Positions 12,530 through 24,831 of a stretch of 64,000 bases of DNA are shown piece after piece. The translations under genes and the position numbers were made by a program. Every line of letters starts with the position of its first letter. The stretch's first letter is position 1. Under the pieces are notes generated by a model. The model searched no databases, was not told the DNA's origin, and saw only the letters and a program-made list of their open reading frames with translations. Location: NCBI RefSeq assembly GCF_006345805.1, contig NC_042997.1:19468001-19532000 (forward strand). Reading direction: 5' to 3'. Source of the stretch: Octopus sinensis. Lineage: Eukaryota.

Positions 12530-13750
12530 TTTCACATTTTTTATGGTGGTATTTTTTAAAAATACCAATTTTTTATAACGTTGATGTGTGTTAAACATTA
12601 AAAAAATATTTTGTAATGTTCATAAAATTCAATTAGCACTTTCATACATTCGTAGTAATCATCAGATTTCAAAATGAATTTAACTGACAGTTGAGTTTTT
12701 GACAACTGTAGTAAAATGACTGACTTCTTCCTCTTTGTACCTTTTAGAAGGTTCTAAAAAGCCGAAGTTTTGGAATGCAGTTTGACCAAACTGGTCGCAG
12801 TTTGCCAGGTATATTGATGTTACTGGCATAGATCCCACCTTTATTATAACCAGTTAGCTTGCAGTTAACTTGTAATGGTTTTATGACTGAGCAAACTTAG
12901 TTGGTTTTGATAATTTTTATTTCAATTGGTGGGAGTCTTCTGTAATTTGTTTTTATTCATATGTTAAAGGCATTTTTAAATCTACAATATTAATTGGTTG
13001 TTATATTATTTTTATTATTTCTGTTCAGAACAGGTTTGAACATTTTAATAAACCGTTTTTCTTTTTTCTTTCTTCCAACTTCACTTGTGCCATATAGTTT
13101 GTAGAAAGGAAAAATTAGAAACATTTTCTAACCACATGTTTCTATATGTTTGCTCAACAGATTTTGGTAAACATTAGTGTTTCAGATTTGTTGTCTGTGG
13201 ACTCATGAGTATTCCAATAATGCCTTCCCTGTCTCACCAGTTTATAGTTTCTAACAACTTGGACATTTAATACCTTAGATCAAATTACTGCATTTGAGAA
13301 AATCTGTTCATTATGCATATATTAACACATTCCACATCTGTTATTACACTCAGATATTGTGAATGTTTTATCCTGTTTGTTTATGTTGAATTTTGCCTTT
13401 ATTATTAATTTCTTTAGGTTATGTGGTTGCCTTTTGCTTAAGATAAGTGTTTGATTAGTTATTACACTTTAAAAATTTGTTACTTTGTTTCATGATTGGC
13501 AAATTTGTTTTGATGATATTAAAAATGTTTTGGTGATGTGGATTGTGTGTTACTAGAAATGGGATTGTGTTCTGTTGATGGGTTCATCTTGCTTGTGTTA
13601 CCCTAAGTTGTTCTATAGGTATCTCTTTTGTTCATTGTATGCTATTTGGGAATTACTGCCATAAAATATTGGGTTGAGAAACAGAGAAGTGATCCCCATA
13701 AGATTTACAGTAACCTTCATACTGGTCGTGATCAGCCTCATCCTCAATAA
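12530..13750 (-). mobile_element. Degenerate Penelope-like element 3' region (GIY-YIG endonuclease plus terminal repeat)
   Basis: Minus-strand translation NLI*GIKCPSC*KL*TGETGK...VHRQQI...LSKHIETCG matches the PLE GIY-YIG/CCHH pattern with multiple stops. An HHR motif lies downstream. Confidence 0.7.
12628..12671 (-). ncRNA. Minimal hammerhead ribozyme, degenerate stem I
   Basis: tgaaat-CTGATGA-ttac(tacgaat)gtat-GAAA-gtgc-TA-attgaa. Core intact, stem I has two mismatches. Confidence 0.5.
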
Positions 13751-13764
13751 CAATACATTCCTTT

Positions 13765-14050
13765 CCAAGTGTCTTCTACTATAGCCTCAGGCCAACCAAA
13801 ACCTTGTGAGTGGATGTGGTAGATAGAAACTGAAAGAAGCCTGTCGTATATATATGTGTGTGTTTGTCCCCACCACCACCACTTGACAACCGATGTTGGT
13901 CTGTTTACATCTGTGTAAATTAGCAGTTCAGCAAAAGAGACTGATAAAATAAGTACTACGCTTACAAAGAATAAGTCCTGGGGTTGATTTGTTCAACTAA
14001 AGGCAGTGCTCCAGCATGGCCACAGTCAAATGACTGAAAGAAATAAAAGA
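13765..14050 (+). mobile_element. SINE family 1, 3' part
   Basis: Core and tail homologous to 4554-4957. Confidence 0.75.
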
Positions 14051-14132
14051 ATATATATATCGACTTTCATTCTTTTACTTGCTTCCCATGTGATTGGGAA
14101 ACAAGCTTCTTACCACACAGCCACACCGCACC

Positions 14133-14166
<34 letters not shown>

Positions 14167-14289
14167 ATATACAGAGAGGGAGGGAGGGAGAGTGAGAGAG
14201 AGAGAGAGGTAGAGAGATAGAAAGAGAGAAAGGTAGTAATGGATATAAACACAGTTACAGCTTGATATAACTATATTTACATATTGTAT

Positions 14290-15059
14290 ATACACAAGTA
14301 ATAGGTGATCTCATGTAAAAGTCGACCCTAATATTTCATGAACAACAGGACAACATTTGTGGGTCAAGATGCTTTATTATCCTGTATGTAGAAAATAACA
14401 CTGTCACAAAATTGTGTAGCTACCTTACTGTAGCCTTCTCTATAGGTGGAATGCTTGGTGCTTATAATGGAATGCACGGTGGTACTTATATCAAAACACC
14501 ATTTAGTAGTGAGCACTATACATTTGTTGATGGGTGCTACATCACCATGATTATGATGTATGCACAGGATATGCTGCATGCATATTTCTATTTCACTTCT
14601 GAAATCTTGATTTCACTTGCACTGGTTAATTTTCAAAGTGTGAACAGAAACCTTTTTCCAAAGGTCTTACAGGGTCTCTTTCCATGACACTTGACATCCA
14701 AGTGCCAATCTCAAAATTCTCACTGTCCTTAACAGAGCGGTTTTCTGAGCATACACTACCTCATGTCAATCCCAAGGTCTCTAACAAATTTCTCAAACCT
14801 GGTTGTTAATGATTCCAGTGTCCCTACAACTACCAAGATGGTAGTTCCTTCCATCATTGCCCACATTCATGCAATTTCATCTCTTAGTAGTTTGTATCAT
14901 CATCATCATCAGTTGGGTTTCTGCTGCTGATACAGTACTTCAAATTGTAGCTTGAATTTCAACCCCTCAAAAGTAGTATCCATGTAATAGTTGACCCCAT
15001 AAATTTGAACTGAAAAAAACGGTTTTAAAAATTCGACTTTTACACGAGTGTATATGGTA
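14290..15059. mobile_element. pogo/Tigger-like DNA transposon remnant
   Basis: Right terminus is the reverse complement of taccatatacactcgtgtaaaagtcga. A related tcatgtaaaagtcgaccc lies near the left end. Confidence 0.4.
14660..14915 (-). mobile_element. R4/Dong-clade non-LTR retrotransposon 3' fragment
   Basis: TILVVVGTLES...RDLGI plus frameshifted QKTALLRTVRILR (restriction-like endonuclease C-terminus). Abuts (TCA)n. Confidence 0.6.
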
Positions 15060-16678
15060 TATATTTATATCAAACCTAACTGTATTTATCTCTATTACTA
15101 ACTCCATATCAGCTCAATTTGAATTTCTCTTGTAGTCATTCCTGATGACATGGGCCTTGCTCTGGATGAAGATTTCAGAGTTTAAGTTGAAATACTTTTG
15201 GTCACTCCTACGTGTTTTCTATACTAAGCATACCCAGCTCTTACCTATTGTTTGTTTGTATGTATGTATGTACATATATGTCTGTTAAGGTTTTGATTTA
15301 TAATCAGAACTACAGAACCTTAGTTTCTCAGTCAACATTTATCTGTGAACTGGAATCAAGTAAATTCTAATTTCTAAAACTTTAATAATTCTATTATATT
15401 CAAAGCTATTCTTATTATTCTATAAAAGTACAGATCTCTTTAATTTAATTTGAGAAGACGTAATTTCACTGATGCAATTAAAAGATTAAAAGCAATAGCA
15501 ATTTTAAGTATATGTGGTGTCCAGTCTAGTACTTATTACTATGGTAATTGGACAGATATAGCAACAATATATGGATGTACTGATTATTATTCATGTATAC
15601 TACTAAGATACAACTTGTTTTCTGATGAGAAGTTCTGATATGGAATTTTCTTCTTGAGGCATATTAGCATATTATTTTTTGATCTTTATTGAAATCATTT
15701 TTGCTGATGACTAGTTATTCTAAATTCAGCTAATACACACACACACACACTAACTCATATCATGTTTGTTTATTTATATTGCAGTGTCAGCATTGATATT
15801 ACTGATTTAGTTCGCCCACTGTTTTGGTAAGAACTGTTAGGTCATGATACAAATTCAAACTATAAAGCATCAAACGATGTCTTATAATATAGACAACTCG
15901 TATTAAATATCATTAATCTTATAAATATATCCTTTATCTACAAATTTTCATTCAATTTTATCACTACCGCCTTCTTCCAGATAGTCTGAAGCTGGTCTCA
16001 CATCTATGCACTCATAATGAAACAGCTGATTAATCTGCTACTTTGGCCTTTATCAATAGAAGCACAGAAGCTGGTTGTTTGCACTGATCAACTTCCTATA
16101 AACTGAAATGATTGAGTATCTGCTTTGTTCTCACATTCAGACAGCCGTGGAAATCATAGCTTGTAACTGAATAATTATAGAAAGAATAACTTGTGTAACG
16201 CATTTGCAACACAAGCAAAACATCCGGAGAGCCAGGGCATCCCTAGTGTATAGAAATGCTTAACAACAACAAGGACAAGAAGAATAAGAGCCTCCTTATC
16301 ATTGTTACATTGTGGAAAGACTGATGGTGATTTATCTATTCTGAAGTAAAGATCTAGTTATTACACAAATATCATTGTGTTTCAATGCCCTTCTGCTGTG
16401 ATGCACATCAAACTTATGCCATTACAATACATCATAAATTTCAGAAACAAATATCAGCAAGAGAATATTAGGCTTCTTTTGTAATGGCACCAATTTCTAG
16501 CTGAGAAAAATTATATTTCCTAACACTTGTCAAATCATTGTGGAGGTTATCAATATGACTGTGTAGTCTTGTTTTCTCTTCATTCATATATGTTAAATGA
16601 AGCCAAGCTGGAAATGTTCTTATCTGAATTCTGGCTATAATCAGCTTGGAAAAGGTTTTCCTTTGTGAAAAGAACTTT

Positions 16679-16747
16679 TCAATCTTGTGTTTTATCAAGT
16701 GGATAGACTCTGTTAATAGTAACTTCTTGTACATTATAGAAATCAAG
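16679..16747 (-). CDS. Candidate terminal exon (unassigned)
   Basis: Very strong T-rich acceptor (ttttttttcacag). Reads LDFYNVQEVTINRVYPLDKTQD* and is phase-compatible with 17061-17123. Confidence 0.2.
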   Translation of the reverse strand, partial: LDFYNVQEVTINRVYPLDKTQD

Positions 16748-17060
16748 CTGTGAAAAAAAAACAAAAAAAAAAACCGTGGTGAGAAATTTACAATGTCCAC
16801 TGACACCTGAATATATATAATCAATCTTCTTGGTAATGTCAATTTAACTAATGTCAATTTAACTAATGCTAATTATCAGGTTGAATAGATTTACTCTGAG
16901 ATATTTCGATAGACGTATGCAAGGCCAGCTTACACAGATATTGATTTCAGGAATAAACAAAAAGCCTCAAATTTAACATTAGCAGTCAGTCACTGATGTT
17001 ATGTGATGTTCATGCCTTTCTCAAGAATAATAGTGATAATACTTTTATCTGTTCATTTAC

Positions 17061-17123
17061 ATTGGTTTGCTCTGGTAGATGAGACCAAGCCAGATCTTTC
17101 ACAGGGCCTTCCACGACCAAATG
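17061..17123 (-). CDS. Candidate exon, WD40-like wording
   Basis: cttataacag acceptor and gtaaat donor. 63 nt reading HLVVEGPVKDLAWSHLPEQTN. Confidence 0.25.
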
Positions 17124-17503
17124 CTGTTATAAGATAACTATAACTTGAAATTGGAAACAGTTTGCAACCTTATTGGAAGTTTGCATTAGATCTGCCAAAT
17201 AAATCATTGTTTTATGCATTCATGAAAACAAAAATAAGAAAGAAAATCTTAGATAAGAAGGAAATGCAGATGTTGTAAAAAGAAAAATACATCTATGGAG
17301 TATTTCTTGAATATTCTCATTACATAATTTTTTTTTTGTATCTATTCAGACTAATCAAAAAATGAAGGCTTAATACCTTCATTGCTTTCAGCCTATGGAT
17401 TGTGGCTATGTTAGCTTTGGGTCAATCATTTCGACCTCACTGCTTATTTAAGACTTGTAATTTTTATTGAATTATCTATCTATCCATCTTATTCTCTCTC
17501 TCT

Positions 17504-17506
<3 letters not shown>

Positions 17507-17566
<60 letters not shown>

Positions 17567-17670
17567 TATATACATGTATATATATGTGTGTGTGTGTATG
17601 TATGTATATATATATATATATATATATAACTATGTATGTGTGTATGTATGTATATATATAAATATATATG
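17507..17670. repeat. Compound (TA)n/(CA)n/(TG)n microsatellite
   Basis: Seen directly. Confidence 0.95.
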
Positions 17671-17680
17671 CACCTGTGAA

Positions 17681-17965
17681 GGAAGGCACATGGCTTAGTG
17701 GTTAGGGTGTTGCACTCACGATTGTATAATCATGATTTTGATTCCCAGACCGGGTGTCGCATTGTGTTCTTGAGCAAAGCATTTCATTTCACATAGCCCT
17801 GTGGTAATTTAATCATCTGACATGTGGCAGATGATGCACCAGTACAGATAATGTTGATTCGATGGAGGGAGCACAAATATCTGATCACCATAAACAAATC
17901 ATCTGTTTGGTGGTTCAGTAAGAAATTGCTGAAACCTCATATATCGTCTAATGATGGGAGAGTCT
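17681..17965 (+). mobile_element. tRNA-derived SINE, family 3
   Basis: Head ggcacatggcttagtggttagggtg...ttgattcccagaccggg. Related copies at 19310, 24289 and 62881. Confidence 0.7.
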
Positions 17966-17974
17966 GTGATATAC

Positions 17975-18148
17975 ATACATAAAATTTTATAATTATGAGT
18001 ATAATTATAATTAGGGTTCAGCAAAAATTTGCTTCACCACATACCAAAATTTAGAAATAGCAGTTAAAGCTAACTATTTCACTACCATAAGAAAATCTCC
18101 CAGACAGCATAATAATAATTATACTCATAATTATAAAATGTTATGTAT
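17975..18148. mobile_element. MITE with ~35-bp TIRs
   Basis: atacataaaattttataattatgagtataattat ... ataattatactcataattataaaatgttatgtat. Confidence 0.6.
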
Positions 18149-18344
18149 AAGTTTACCGATAATGGTTTACCATAAAGCTTCACTTCCACATATGCCAGCT
18201 TAATTTTATTTGTCCTTAGTCGAAAGACACCTCTTGTTATGTCCTGTTACTTGCATTTATGTACCATTTCTCCATTTTTTTTTCCATCCTTATTTTCATA
18301 TACATTCACTGCTTTCTTCTAAGTAATCTAGTGCTCTTAGCTTA

Positions 18345-18527
18345 GTTTTTCCTTGAGGCTGGCCAGATTGAATCAATCTCGAGTATAACCAGCCGAAATT
18401 GCAAAGATAATCTGAACTCGACTGAAAAAAGAAAACTTCAAATGACTGGTCCGTATTTTTTCTTGTCCCTTTTTTGTATTATCTAGCTGTCTGGGTGTTT
18501 TGTGTTCTTGTCCCATTTTTGTATTCC

Positions 18528-18530
<3 letters not shown>
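18345..18530 (+). mobile_element. PLE terminal-repeat fragment with decayed HHR
   Basis: GGCTGG...CCAGCC stem II followed by GAAATTGCAA (same stem III as 59987-59996). Core and cleavage triplet are mutated. Confidence 0.45.
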
Positions 18531-18531
<1 letters not shown>

Positions 18532-18567
<36 letters not shown>

Positions 18568-18649
18568 CACACACACATATATATATATATACATGCATAT
18601 ATGTATGTATATATATATGTATGTGTATATATATATGTATGTGTGTGTG

Positions 18650-18699
<50 letters not shown>

Positions 18700-18910
18700 C
18701 ATATGTGTGTGTGTGAGTGTGTATCTGTGTCTGTTCCCCTACCATTGCTTGACAACCGATGTTGCTACGGTTATGTAACTTAGCTGTTTGACAAAACACA
18801 CCAAGAGAATAAGTACTAGGCTTACAAATAATAAATCCTGAGGTTGATTTCTTTGACTGAAAGTGGTGCTCCAGCATGGCCGCAGTCACATGACCAAAAC
18901 AAGTAAAACA
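18532..18910 (+). repeat. Long compound microsatellite followed by SINE family 1 3' half
   Basis: (TA)n/(CA)n/(TG)n to about 18720, then the family-1 tail. Confidence 0.85.
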
Positions 18911-18935
18911 ATAAAAAAAACTATGCCATTTTTAT

Positions 18936-18963
18936 CCCAAACAATGCCGGGTATCTCTGCTAG
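18936..18963 (+). mobile_element. Helitron-type 3' terminus
   Basis: ccc..ggg hairpin followed by CTAG|T, as at 40028-40031. Confidence 0.4.
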
Positions 18964-19309
18964 TTATGAATAAACATATGTAAGAGATATACAACCTAAA
19001 TGTGTAAGCGTAACAGTATAACTAACATATACAGCATCAATGTAATTATGTATAATAAACTGTATCTAAAAGTCTGAAATATACTGACACAGTCATCATA
19101 ATACTCATCATTATAGCATTGAGGATAATAAAAATAAACATTTTATCTGTTTTAAGAAGAATACATTATAATGGAGGTGAATGACTGACTGATAATTTGA
19201 AATTTAACAAGTACTTCTAAGAATCTTTATAAGTAATATGGTTGAAGTAGCTTTGAAGTTTTGTTTTAGCTTTTAACTGATTACTATTATAATTATGAGG
19301 ATAGTTAAG

Positions 19310-19570
19310 ATGTTACATCATAGTGGTTAGGGCATTACACGCTTGATCACGAAATCATGGTTTCAATTCCTAGACCAAGTGGTACATCATGTTCTTGAGC
19401 TAAACACTTCATCTCACAATACACTGTGATCATTTTGACACATGGTACATTGCACCTCTTCTGGCAATGTCGATTTGATGGTGGAAGTGAGATACTGTAT
19501 GGTTCATACATCCAATCATTTAAAAAAAAATCATTTGTGCAGGTAGGTCAGCAAAAGCTGAACGCTCATG
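19310..19570 (+). mobile_element. SINE family 3, degenerate
   Basis: tagtggttagggcatt...ggtttcaattcctagacc, homologous to 17681. Confidence 0.6.
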
Positions 19571-19774
19571 CATCATCTTCGACAGCAGAGTCCATTATCA
19601 TAATTAAGTAATTATTTTCAGGAAAACCTAACTTTGAGGATATGTCCTGACACCTTGACACCACTATCTTTATTTCTCTTTCCACTTATTCTCACCCACC
19701 CTTATATACTACACTTTCACTCAGTTGAGGGGTATTTTCAGTCTTCTAAGTTATACAGTGGCTTCACTAGTTTC

Positions 19775-19960
19775 CAGTAGCATGAAAAAAAAAACACCAC
19801 CCAGTACATTTTGTAAAGGGACTGGTATTAGGAAAGGCATCTGGCTGTAGAAAATATAGAAAATAGAGCTCAAGCCAGTCATCTGACTCACTGAATCTTG
19901 TGCAATCACCTAATCCATGCTCATAACATGGAAGATGGATGTTAAATGATGATGATAAGG
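19775..19960 (+). mobile_element. SINE family 4 (Meta-domain/RTE-tail-like)
   Basis: ggtattaggaaaggcatctggctgtagaaa...catggaagatggatgttaaatgatgatgat. Many copies in the window. Confidence 0.6.
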
Positions 19961-21050
19961 ATGATGATGACAACTATGACGATGACAGTGATGACAACAA
20001 CAACAACAACGACGACAACGACGACAACAAAATAATGTTGCCAAGAAAGAAATAGATTTAATTTGAGCTGCTAAATGACTAATGTACTGGTCCATTTGTA
20101 CTTTTACACTATCTAATTTCACTCTTAAGTCTTACTAGGAAACAACCTTCAAAGGTTTCTATTGATTATACTAATGCAGACATTCATTTTAGAGTGGTAG
20201 GTGTTTTATCAACCTTTGTCAAATGGCTAATTTACTATTTGCAATAAAGAGATGCAATTCCATGTACCATTTTCTATGCAGGTATACACAAACACATATA
20301 CATGCCTACACACTTACACATGTGCTCACACACATATAAAGGCATTAGCCAACCAGATCTACAGTTGAAGATACTCAAAGTGCCATGCAAACCGATTGAA
20401 CTCGCTACTATGTGACCACAAGTCAATCTTCAATATTCTTAACCACGCAGCTCTGTCTGTGTTGTGGTGCCAAAAACAATGTTTACTCCTCACACTGTAA
20501 TCTAAGATGAAAAATAAGTATCACAGTAATTTATAATGTAAGTATTTAAAAGAGCATTCAGATGCTGAATAACACATTTATAAATTTGTCTAATAGCCTC
20601 TAAAACAAACTAACATTGAAATATCAGAATAGAAATGTAGTATAATAAAACTAAGAGAAAGTCTTCTAAATGCTTTGAGAAAAGCTGTTATTTTAAATTA
20701 ATGAGCATTGACAATAAGTAAAGCCATTTACAGTCACAGCATATATCAGGTATGTCCTTTCATAGACATAATAATTAAGTATAGATTCTTATGTTTTAGT
20801 TATAAAGTGCATAGAGATGGAAAAATAGCAAAATATAAAAATATTAATGAACGTTTACTAAGTAATGAAGTTAAGCAAAATGTCTTTAAACAAAATAAAT
20901 AATTGAAGCTTTATCATCGATAATGGATCTACTTTAAGATATGTAATTAAGTAGAGTGAGGTATTAAGTTTGGAAATTAGAATAGGAAAAGTGCTACTAA
21001 AAAATAGAGGGAAAGCAAGGAATGTTATTATCTTAATTTGATAAACACAG

Positions 21051-21171
21051 AAAGATGGAGGATACCATGTGTTGCAGAGGCTGAAATACATCAAGAACTA
21101 GTTGCTTCTAAAAGGGAAAGCCACATGAAATTAAGAGAAATCTGTGATATTGATAGAAGGAATCCTTTCAG
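21051..21171 (+). CDS. Candidate internal coding exon of an unidentified host gene
   Basis: aaacacag acceptor and cag|gtaaat donor. 121 nt open frame RWRIPCVAEAEIHQELVASKRESHMKLREICDIDRRNPF with non-repetitive composition. Confidence 0.45.
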
Positions 21172-22859
21172 GTAAATATAATTGACTTCACAATGTACTC
21201 TAGACTAAAATAACAAATTTGGTCTTGAGCTGTGTTGAAAATAGAAATGGGAAAAATAACAATTCTTATCGGTTTAGATGTGTTGTAAGAATTCAGAGAA
21301 ACACCCTGCAAATGTAGTCTGGTAATGCAATATGCCCTTAACAGTTATTTATTAAATGATGTGTGTATATATGTGTCTTCATGTGCATATATGTGCTTGT
21401 ATGTGTGCGTGTGTGTGTGTGCAAATATCTGTGTCCACTGTGTGTATATGTGCAATTGTGTGTGTGTCAGTATTTGTGCGTGTATATCAAGGTGTGTGTG
21501 TATATATACACATATGTATGTATATGTGCTCAAAGGTGTATGTTTGTTTGTGTCACTGTGTTTGTCAGTATATGTGTGTGCACACAAATGTATGCATCAG
21601 TGTGTGTACGTGTTTTAGTATGTATAAGTGCCAGTGTGTATATATATGTATCAGTAAGTATGAGTGCCAGTGTATGTGTTTGCTAACAAATTGCAAGAAA
21701 CATTATTTTATGTTGAAACAACTAAGATTATTATTCCGTTAAAAGCTTCATCTGAGAATAGATAAAATGTAATGAAATTTGTTAATCAATATCTTTCCAC
21801 CAACTAAACTCATATGATTAGATTATATCTAATTCTCTTTTCAATAAAGAGGAAACTTTATAATGTTGCTTAATCAACAAGTATCAACTGAAATAGTTTC
21901 ATTTAACTTCGCAAATCATTCTTTATGGATTGCCGAGGATCATATTGGAAATTGTAAAAGAATCAATACATCTTGACAAGCCATTAGTTTTAGGAACTGA
22001 AATTAAAATTCCACAGAAGAACAACAATAAATTAATTCTTAGATGAAGGTTGAATCATCAAGATATTAATTGCAAATTAAATACTATAAATGCTAAATAC
22101 TGGAATACAAAAAAGAAAAAAAATCAGTAAAGAAATAAAATAATAATAATAAATATATTTTGTTTGCTTTATTCATTTATTTTGTATTTTTATTTATTTT
22201 TTAAAAACTTTTTCACAAAAGGAATCATAAATTGTATTCTGAGAAATAAAAAAATGACACAGAATTTTGAATGGTTGGAATTAAAAACAAGAGACATTCC
22301 AATGAAATTATATTTTATTAGCGTTTAATTTTGATATTTACGATGGCAAAACAGGCAGAGGTCTGAATAGGATTCTTAATGTAGGTGGGTGAATACATTG
22401 TGAATAACAGTAAAATTTAAGGTAATAAATTGTAGTCTAATAGTAACTATTACTAACTAACTAATACATACATACTGAGGCACTGGGATATGTAACATAC
22501 TGCCTAAATACCAATCTTGAGAAATTAGGCTTCTCAAAACCAAGAAGAGAAAGCTGATTAAAAGACTACAAATCCAAGCACTGGAACTGTAAAAATCTGT
22601 AAAACTTTCCAAAAGTTTATCATTTAAGTATATGTGAGCATATCTAGATATGCAAGTACATGCAAGAGAAGCAAAACATACAAATCTGCATGTATATATA
22701 CATATATACATACAAAAATACTCTTGATGTTGAAATTCCAATGAAGGATCTATGTTAGAAAGTAGCCCTTTTTCTATCAGCAATAAAACTGAATGACATA
22801 CATACATACATACATACATACATACATACATACATACATACGTACATACATAAGAAACT

Positions 22860-23150
22860 GTCACTCCATAGGTTACAACGAGGGCTCCAACTGATTCAAT
22901 CAACAGCACAACCTGCTTGTGAATTTAATTTGCAAATGGCTAAACACTCTACAGACATGCGTACCCTCAATGTAGTTGACACAGTCTTTGACAAGGCTCT
23001 CCCTTCGAAATTCAGGCACTACTCACTTTTGCCTGCTGAGTGGTCTAGAGCAACATGAAATAAAGTGTATTGATCAGTGGTACAATCTGCCACCAAGGTA
23101 TTGAACTCAGGACCTTACAATCTTCAGCTGACTATCTAACCACTTACTCA
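22860..23150 (-). mobile_element. tRNA-derived SINE (additional family)
   Basis: Minus-strand B-box ggtcctgagttcaatacc. The body is homologous to 40480-40620. Confidence 0.5.
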
Positions 23151-23591
23151 TGCATCTTCAACAATACACACACACATCTCTATATATTATATATTTCTGT
23201 TGACCAGGTGTTCTTGACTGAGGACAGGCAAACTGGCTCAAAACTGAATTGGTCACATGATCCTGTTGTCTGCTAGAGGATGACTAGGATTCACTCTCCT
23301 GCTGGCAATATGTATATGGACAGGGTGCAATACTGCACCTATATCCATCTGGTGGAAGATCTGCCTGTGGTTAAAATAATAGTAACCATAAACAGCCATA
23401 CTGATGTGGCAATTAACTTTACTTGCTTACTTACTTACTTACGTGTGTGTGTTTCTAAATTTAAAGTAATACTTTTGCACAGTGATTTATTTTCATTGTG
23501 AATCTGCAACCAAATTCACAGATACTAGTATAGTTTTAAATTCAAATCACATGGATATCTACTTTGCTCTTCATCTCTCTGCAAATACCAG

Positions 23592-23670
23592 AACAATAAG
23601 AAATCCTAAAACTGATGCTTCAAAGCAGCTTAAGCAGGAAGAAGCAAACGGAAGACAAAATGGCTCCTAA
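23592..23670 (+). CDS. Candidate terminal exon joining 21051-21171
   Basis: Pyrimidine-rich acceptor, phase 2 compatible. Reads TIRNPKTDASKQLKQEEANGRQNGS*. Confidence 0.3.
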
Positions 23671-24288
23671 GGAGATGGTTTGTCTATTGGTGATAACATT
23701 TTTAAAAGATTTTATACCTTTAATATTGTATGAAATCAAACCATACAGAATGGTCAAGTGAGGGCTAACATTTATAATGTGGTGAACAAAAACACAATTT
23801 AAAATCCAAAATGAAAACATCGTTAGACTTAATGATTGCTTTAATCAAGTAGGGAAAACTTTATCATTAATATCCTTCTATGGTCCTTCTACTCCTCTTT
23901 GAGAGCAATGGGGCTAAATAATAACGACTCAGCCTGCATTGAGCTAATTAACCTATGTCAGCATGGAATGTGTACATATTAAGTAATGGTTGCTGCAGTA
24001 CTGTGTGTCAACAATGATGACAATGATGATGAGAAAACAATGATGTAAGACATTGAAGAAAACTCTGAAATTCAAATTTATAAATAATCAAACCACACAG
24101 TGGCGAAGTATCTGATCTTTGGGAAGTCTATTAGGGACTTTTCTAATAGTTTAGCCTTATTAGATCTTATTAGGCCTTCATTTAGAATGAAATATCCTAC
24201 ACAGAATTACAAGCAAATGCCAAATGCAGCTACAATGAATGTAAATCCCCATCCTATAAATAGGCTGAAAAAGCATCATAAGTTGTTG

Positions 24289-24590
24289 TTTGTTCCTTCT
24301 CGAGCCACACCTGGCTTAAGGGCCCAGTTTCCCAGTTTCCTTGGTATATAGGTTCCCCACCTTGATGGGATGCCGGTCTGTTGCAGGTGAACTGCAAGAT
24401 GCAGGAGGAAAGTGTGAGAGAAAGTTGTGGCAAAAGAGTCAGCAGAAGTTCGCCATTATCTTCTGCCAGAGCCGCATGGAGCTTAGGTGTTTCACTCATA
24501 AACACACACATCGCCTGGTTTGAGATTCGAACCCACAATCCCTCAACCGCGAGTCTGCTGCTCTAACCACTAGGCCATGTGCTTCCACTT
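24289..24590 (-). mobile_element. SINE family 3-related insertion with 15-bp TSD
   Basis: CATCATAAGTTGTTG at 24274-24288 and 24591-24605. Intact A/B boxes (gcctagtggttagagc, ggttcgaatc). Confidence 0.85.
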
Positions 24591-24655
24591 CATCATAAGT
24601 TGTTGCTCCTAGATGAATGACAACATTGAAAGAGAATAGATATAAGATAATTTAA

Positions 24656-24831
24656 CCCTTCCTTTGACATTTAAACAGGTCATATTGGGCCAAAGTATTC
24701 TACCTGTTTTATGTTCACACCCACCACTTAATGTCATTCTAATAAAAAGATAACCACATGCATGATTAATTCAAAAACAATGAGGAATAAATAAGCATTA
24801 CATTTGACAAATAAATCTGAATGCTTAAGGG
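24656..24831. mobile_element. piggyBac-type MITE
   Basis: TTAA|CCCTT ... AAGGG|TTAA termini. Confidence 0.55.

Noticed and set aside
15135-15215. ctgatga ... gaaa ... gtc as an HHR
   Set aside because: Stems I and II do not pair adjacent to the core.
24100-24264. Minus-strand LFIGWGFTFIVAAFGICL* as a membrane-protein exon (similar hydrophobic frames at 22480-22590, 38200-38400 and 47230-47300)
   Set aside because: T-rich strands give F/L/I-rich peptides by chance, there is an in-frame stop, and no consistent gene model or recognisable family.
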